Below, piece by piece: positions 60,290-64,000 of a stretch of 64,000 nucleotides of DNA (the first letter of the stretch is position 1; each line of letters begins with the position of its first letter). The DNA comes from Octopus sinensis (Eukaryota). A program made the translations under genes and the position numbers. The notes below the pieces were generated by a model. It made no database searches. It was not told the DNA's origin and worked only from the letters and a program-made list of their open reading frames with translations. The stretch is from contig NC_042997.1 of the NCBI RefSeq assembly GCF_006345805.1, positions 118,358,001 through 118,422,000 on the forward strand, in the 5' to 3' direction.

Positions 60290-62049
60290 ATATTATATCC
60301 ACTGCATGTTTGGATACTCGTTATGAATAATAGAAATCTGGTTGAGAGAAAATATTTCGAAGTATATTATGTGTCTGTATATTTTTCAATGATATCAATG
60401 TTTCGAAAGACTATTGTTGCTGCTATCATTGTCACTTTTTTCTAATTCCAGCTCACCCCTTATTGATCAAGTCTATGGGTACTGTTTCAAGACAAGTCCT
60501 TATCGTCTTTATTTTCTGTTAACGAGTGCCCATTATCTCATGTATTAAATGTATCTAACGCTTTATAATGTAGTAGGGTGTGATGTGAAGTGGATATAGT
60601 TGTTATTTCTAGCAGGTCATTTCTAACAGCTGAATACAATCTCTCTTTATAGTTTGGTACATTTCTTAATAAAAGTTTATAGATTTTTTTTAAGATCACA
60701 AAATTGAATTTGCTTTTGTGTTGAGACGAATCAATTGTATCGAAGTGTATTTCGGCCACGGGCCATTTCAGAAACACCACAATTTCTTTTTGCTTACAGT
60801 TACATGCAGTAATTGTTACGAAAACATACAACATCTTGATTTATACAGACTACAGTGATTTGGTAGTATTAAGATATACTAAAAGTAGTTTACATGGATA
60901 TAGAAGACAATTAAAAATAATTATTGCTTGGTGGAATACTGCAAGTAATTCTGATTCGTTGAAGTAAAAACTCCGTAGGATTCTCATCTATTGAAGTTTT
61001 TGAACTTGTTGACGTTTTTCACTAAGATTTATTCTTGAAGAAAAGAATCAAGCGGAATGATGAATAGCAGTACACCCCGTTGTGTGCTTCGGGGTGAGTT
61101 AATGGGTAAATAACTAAACAATGGATTGAGAACAATGCTAAGAAAAATCTCGCTACTGCTACAGTGTAAAAGGAAAATTATATTTTGCTCATGAGAATGT
61201 ATAAAATGCTGGAATATGGAATACATAAATATAGACTTTTTTTTGATGCAAAAGAGAAAGCAAAGTGATCAAAGATCAGAAAGAAAAACTAAAATAAAAG
61301 AACACCAAAGAATGAGATTCAAAAGATTCTTGTCTTCAGAAAGGTTAGAGCAAGATAAATCAACTTTATAAAGTGAAATAAAAATAGTAGAAGAAACCTA
61401 TAAAGTGCAAGAGTGATTGATAAAGATTGAACTGATGTGTTATATGGGTGATCAATAAATAGATCACGCCACACAGAAGAACAGTAATAAAGGATTTCTT
61501 TAGACCAATAATCATAGTAATAGTTAGATAGAATAGGCAAAGAATTGCAAGATATATCGCGTTATTGATCGAAATGAAGTGATTGCCAAGCGCACAATCT
61601 TTGTTCAACCTTCCAATGGATTTTCATTATAACTTTCAAAGATCTATGAAGAAATATTTCATGGAAACCACGAGAATAGTGCATAACATTCTGTTCAGTT
61701 TTCTGCAGTTGTTGGGAGTGGTTGAAAACCTGTCTAGAATTTTAAAAAATGTAGAATAAAAAAAAATCCTTATAGATTGCATTCAACTAGAATAAGGATG
61801 AGAAAATAAATGGAATGGTGGGGGTAAAAGCGTAACGATAGGTGTAGGCAAGAGTGAAATTAAAGGTTGTGAACAGAAAGTATAAATAAAAATCATTGAT
61901 CAAATATCAATTTTAATACTCGACCGTAATGGGAGTCACTGAACTAGAGCTGAGTAAATGGAAAATCAAACAGCATTGCCTTATTTCATCCTTCTATTAT
62001 CTGCAAGATATACATCATGTGCCTTCTAGAAAAAATATATAGTATTAAT

Positions 62050-62255
62050 ATTAGTTTCAAATTTTGGCACAAAGCCATCAATTTCATAGGGGGTGGTGTC
62101 GATATAATTGACCCCAGTGTTCAACTGGTACTTGGTTTATTGACTCCGAAAGTATGAAAAGCAAGGTCGACCTCGGCACGATTTGAACGAAATGAAGGAC
62201 AAACTGCCGCTAAGCATTTTTCCCGGCATGATAACGATTCTGCCAGCTCGCTGCC
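62050..62255 (-). mobile_element. SINE family C
   Basis: TTGACCCCAGTGTTCAACTGGTACTT...GTCGACCTCGGC...CTGCCAGCTCGCTGCC. Confidence 0.8.
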
Positions 62256-63874
62256 CTACTAATTTGAATATCGGAACTGCTTTTGAAGTAAATAATAGAC
62301 ATTTTTTGTAGTACTGTCTCTCGATCTATGTATCTACACTTATACATTGCTATTTCCGTCTCTCTTACAGCATTGATCGACTTTCTTTTAAACTCCCTAA
62401 TATAATTATCATCTAGTCTATTTGCTTTCCCGTCTTTATGTTTGCAATTTACGATGTCTCTGTTGCTTTAAATAGTCATTTTGTGTGTGTGTGTGACTGC
62501 CTGTCTGTCTGTCTGTCTGTTGTATTAACATAATTAATATAGAGCGTGAGAGTTAGACACTATTCCAGGTCGGTTAGTATATTGGGATCACTGTGTCACT
62601 TCACACGCTGTTAGAGATTCACCTGCTATTTGTCGGATGGGAATTTGGGGTTTCATGTATTTTATTTACATTTTGACACAATTAGAAAGTCTGTTAAATC
62701 GGCCACAGTGTATAGCTTGTAATTGAATGTATCAAGTGAGCAAGGAAGACAGAAAGCAAATTTGACATGGGTGGTATTTAAACTCGAAATGGTAAAATCG
62801 GGAACAAATAAAGCAATGTATATTGTACAAAGTCTTAAAGGTCCTGTAAATACCACGCACTCATAGCGAGTTGGTGTGAGAAGGAAAAAGGCCCAGAGAG
62901 AAAAAAATATTTGGAGAAGCTAAAAGGTGATGAAATATCTACAAAATGCTAATGTAATAAAAGCAAAAAATAGAAAAAATTAGAAAAAAATCGAAACAGC
63001 AAAAGCAGAAGGGATTTGTAAAAAGAAGAAAGTGATCAACAGTGAAACAGAGAGGAAAGAAGGGGGAAATAAATCTAAAAAAAAAACTATTTGGGTATAA
63101 ACAAAACAATAGAATATTCTTTAAAAATAAGCTGTAAGAGTTTGTAGACAAGTATACAAATAGAAGCTGGCATCTCTAACTTCGCTTCATTTTCTTTGTG
63201 GTTCTGAGTTGGAAATTTCCCTCATGCACACGTTGAGATTTCGAGGCTAATGCAGTTTCACACCTCTCCTTGAAAAACGCATTTTTTGAAAAAATTTTTT
63301 TCTGATTCCTACGTTTTAGATGTCGGAGATTACAAATATGCGAAAACAATATACCATCCACCCCCTTTAAAATTTTCAACTTTTTCGAAATGTTTGTCCC
63401 TATGTTTTAAATGATGGAGATTCCGAATATGCAAGAAACCGCGTTTTCCAAATTTTAAATCAAGTAAGCATATAGATATGTATATAAAGAGACAGATAAA
63501 TAAGAATGTCTTCCTGGGGCTATAAACAACAGTAACAACGTCCTCTACAGGACCGCCACATTTAGTTGATAAATATATCTTATGAATAAACGGACAGAGA
63601 TAAATAGATGGACAGATAAATAAATAAATGGATGAAATACTTCAAAATTTAAAATTAGGGGAGGGGATCAAATTTGAGCCCCTTATTAAACTTTATAGCA
63701 TTAATTATCAAACATTAATGTTTGTTTCTCATAAAATGGTGTATATTTAACTAAAGTGTACTAGCCATCTGAATGTGGCTAGCCACTGGGGGTGGGGTGT
63801 TACTGGTGCTTTTAGCCCCAGGAGATCAACGTCACCAGCTGGCCTTAGACACAAAATTTCAGTGCCCTTGTGTT

Positions 63875-64000
63875 ATTTGCAAAGGGAGGTCATCCTCCAT
63901 CGAAAACCTAAGTGATACATACGGACTATAGTTTCAAGGTAATTGCCTCTCGTCAACGCATGGTAAACACCGGTTTTCGATGAAGGAGACCCTTGCAAAT
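63875..64000. repeat. Imperfect inverted repeat, may continue past the window
   Basis: ATTTGCAAAGGGAGGTCATCCTCCATCGAAAAC (63875-63907) versus GTTTTCGATGAAGGAGACCCTTGCAAAT (63973-64000). Confidence 0.65.

Noticed and set aside
354-60445. Dozens of ORFs rich in YI/IY, LSIY, HT, CV, poly-N/I/S/L/E/K/F
   Set aside because: They are translations of microsatellites, not genes.
1-64000. CRISPR arrays, rRNA genes, operons
   Set aside because: No repeat-spacer array, rRNA similarity or prokaryotic gene structure; the DNA is eukaryotic.

Overview
AT-rich, microsatellite-dense eukaryotic non-coding DNA. The repeat content matches what I recall of octopus (coleoid cephalopod) genomes; this species assignment is an inference, not a database result. 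I cannot support any intact host protein-coding gene. Nearly all ORFs in the supplied track are translations of (TA)n, (CA)n, (TATC)n, (AAT)n, (GAA)n or (CTA/CTG)n repeats. Contents: (i) about 30 copies or fragments of 4 tRNA-derived SINE families, labelled A-D here, several with target-site duplications (TSDs); (ii) about 10 decayed R4/Dong-like non-LTR fragments (RT, CCHC knuckle, restriction-like endonuclease) and 3 RTE-clade fragments; (iii) 2 Penelope-like (PLE) GIY-YIG tails; (iv) about 10 foldback/MITE-like inverted repeats and one Helentron-associated (HINE/DINE-like) element. The most notable unexplained structure is a set of type I hammerhead ribozyme (HHR) motifs read by eye. Three have intact CUGANGA/GAAA/NUH cores, a palindromic minimal stem III and an unusually long stem II (189-259 +, 16981-17071 -, 43932-44039 -). 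Several more are short-stem or decayed. Most lie in short non-coding units next to microsatellites, and one lies in a 395-bp direct-repeat unit, which suggests retrozyme-like or non-autonomous PLE elements. A SINE dimer bounded by one 18-bp TSD, and a SINE inflated to about 2.2 kb by nested insertions, are also notable. All folds and alignments were done by hand and need computational confirmation. Boundaries of decayed elements are approximate.
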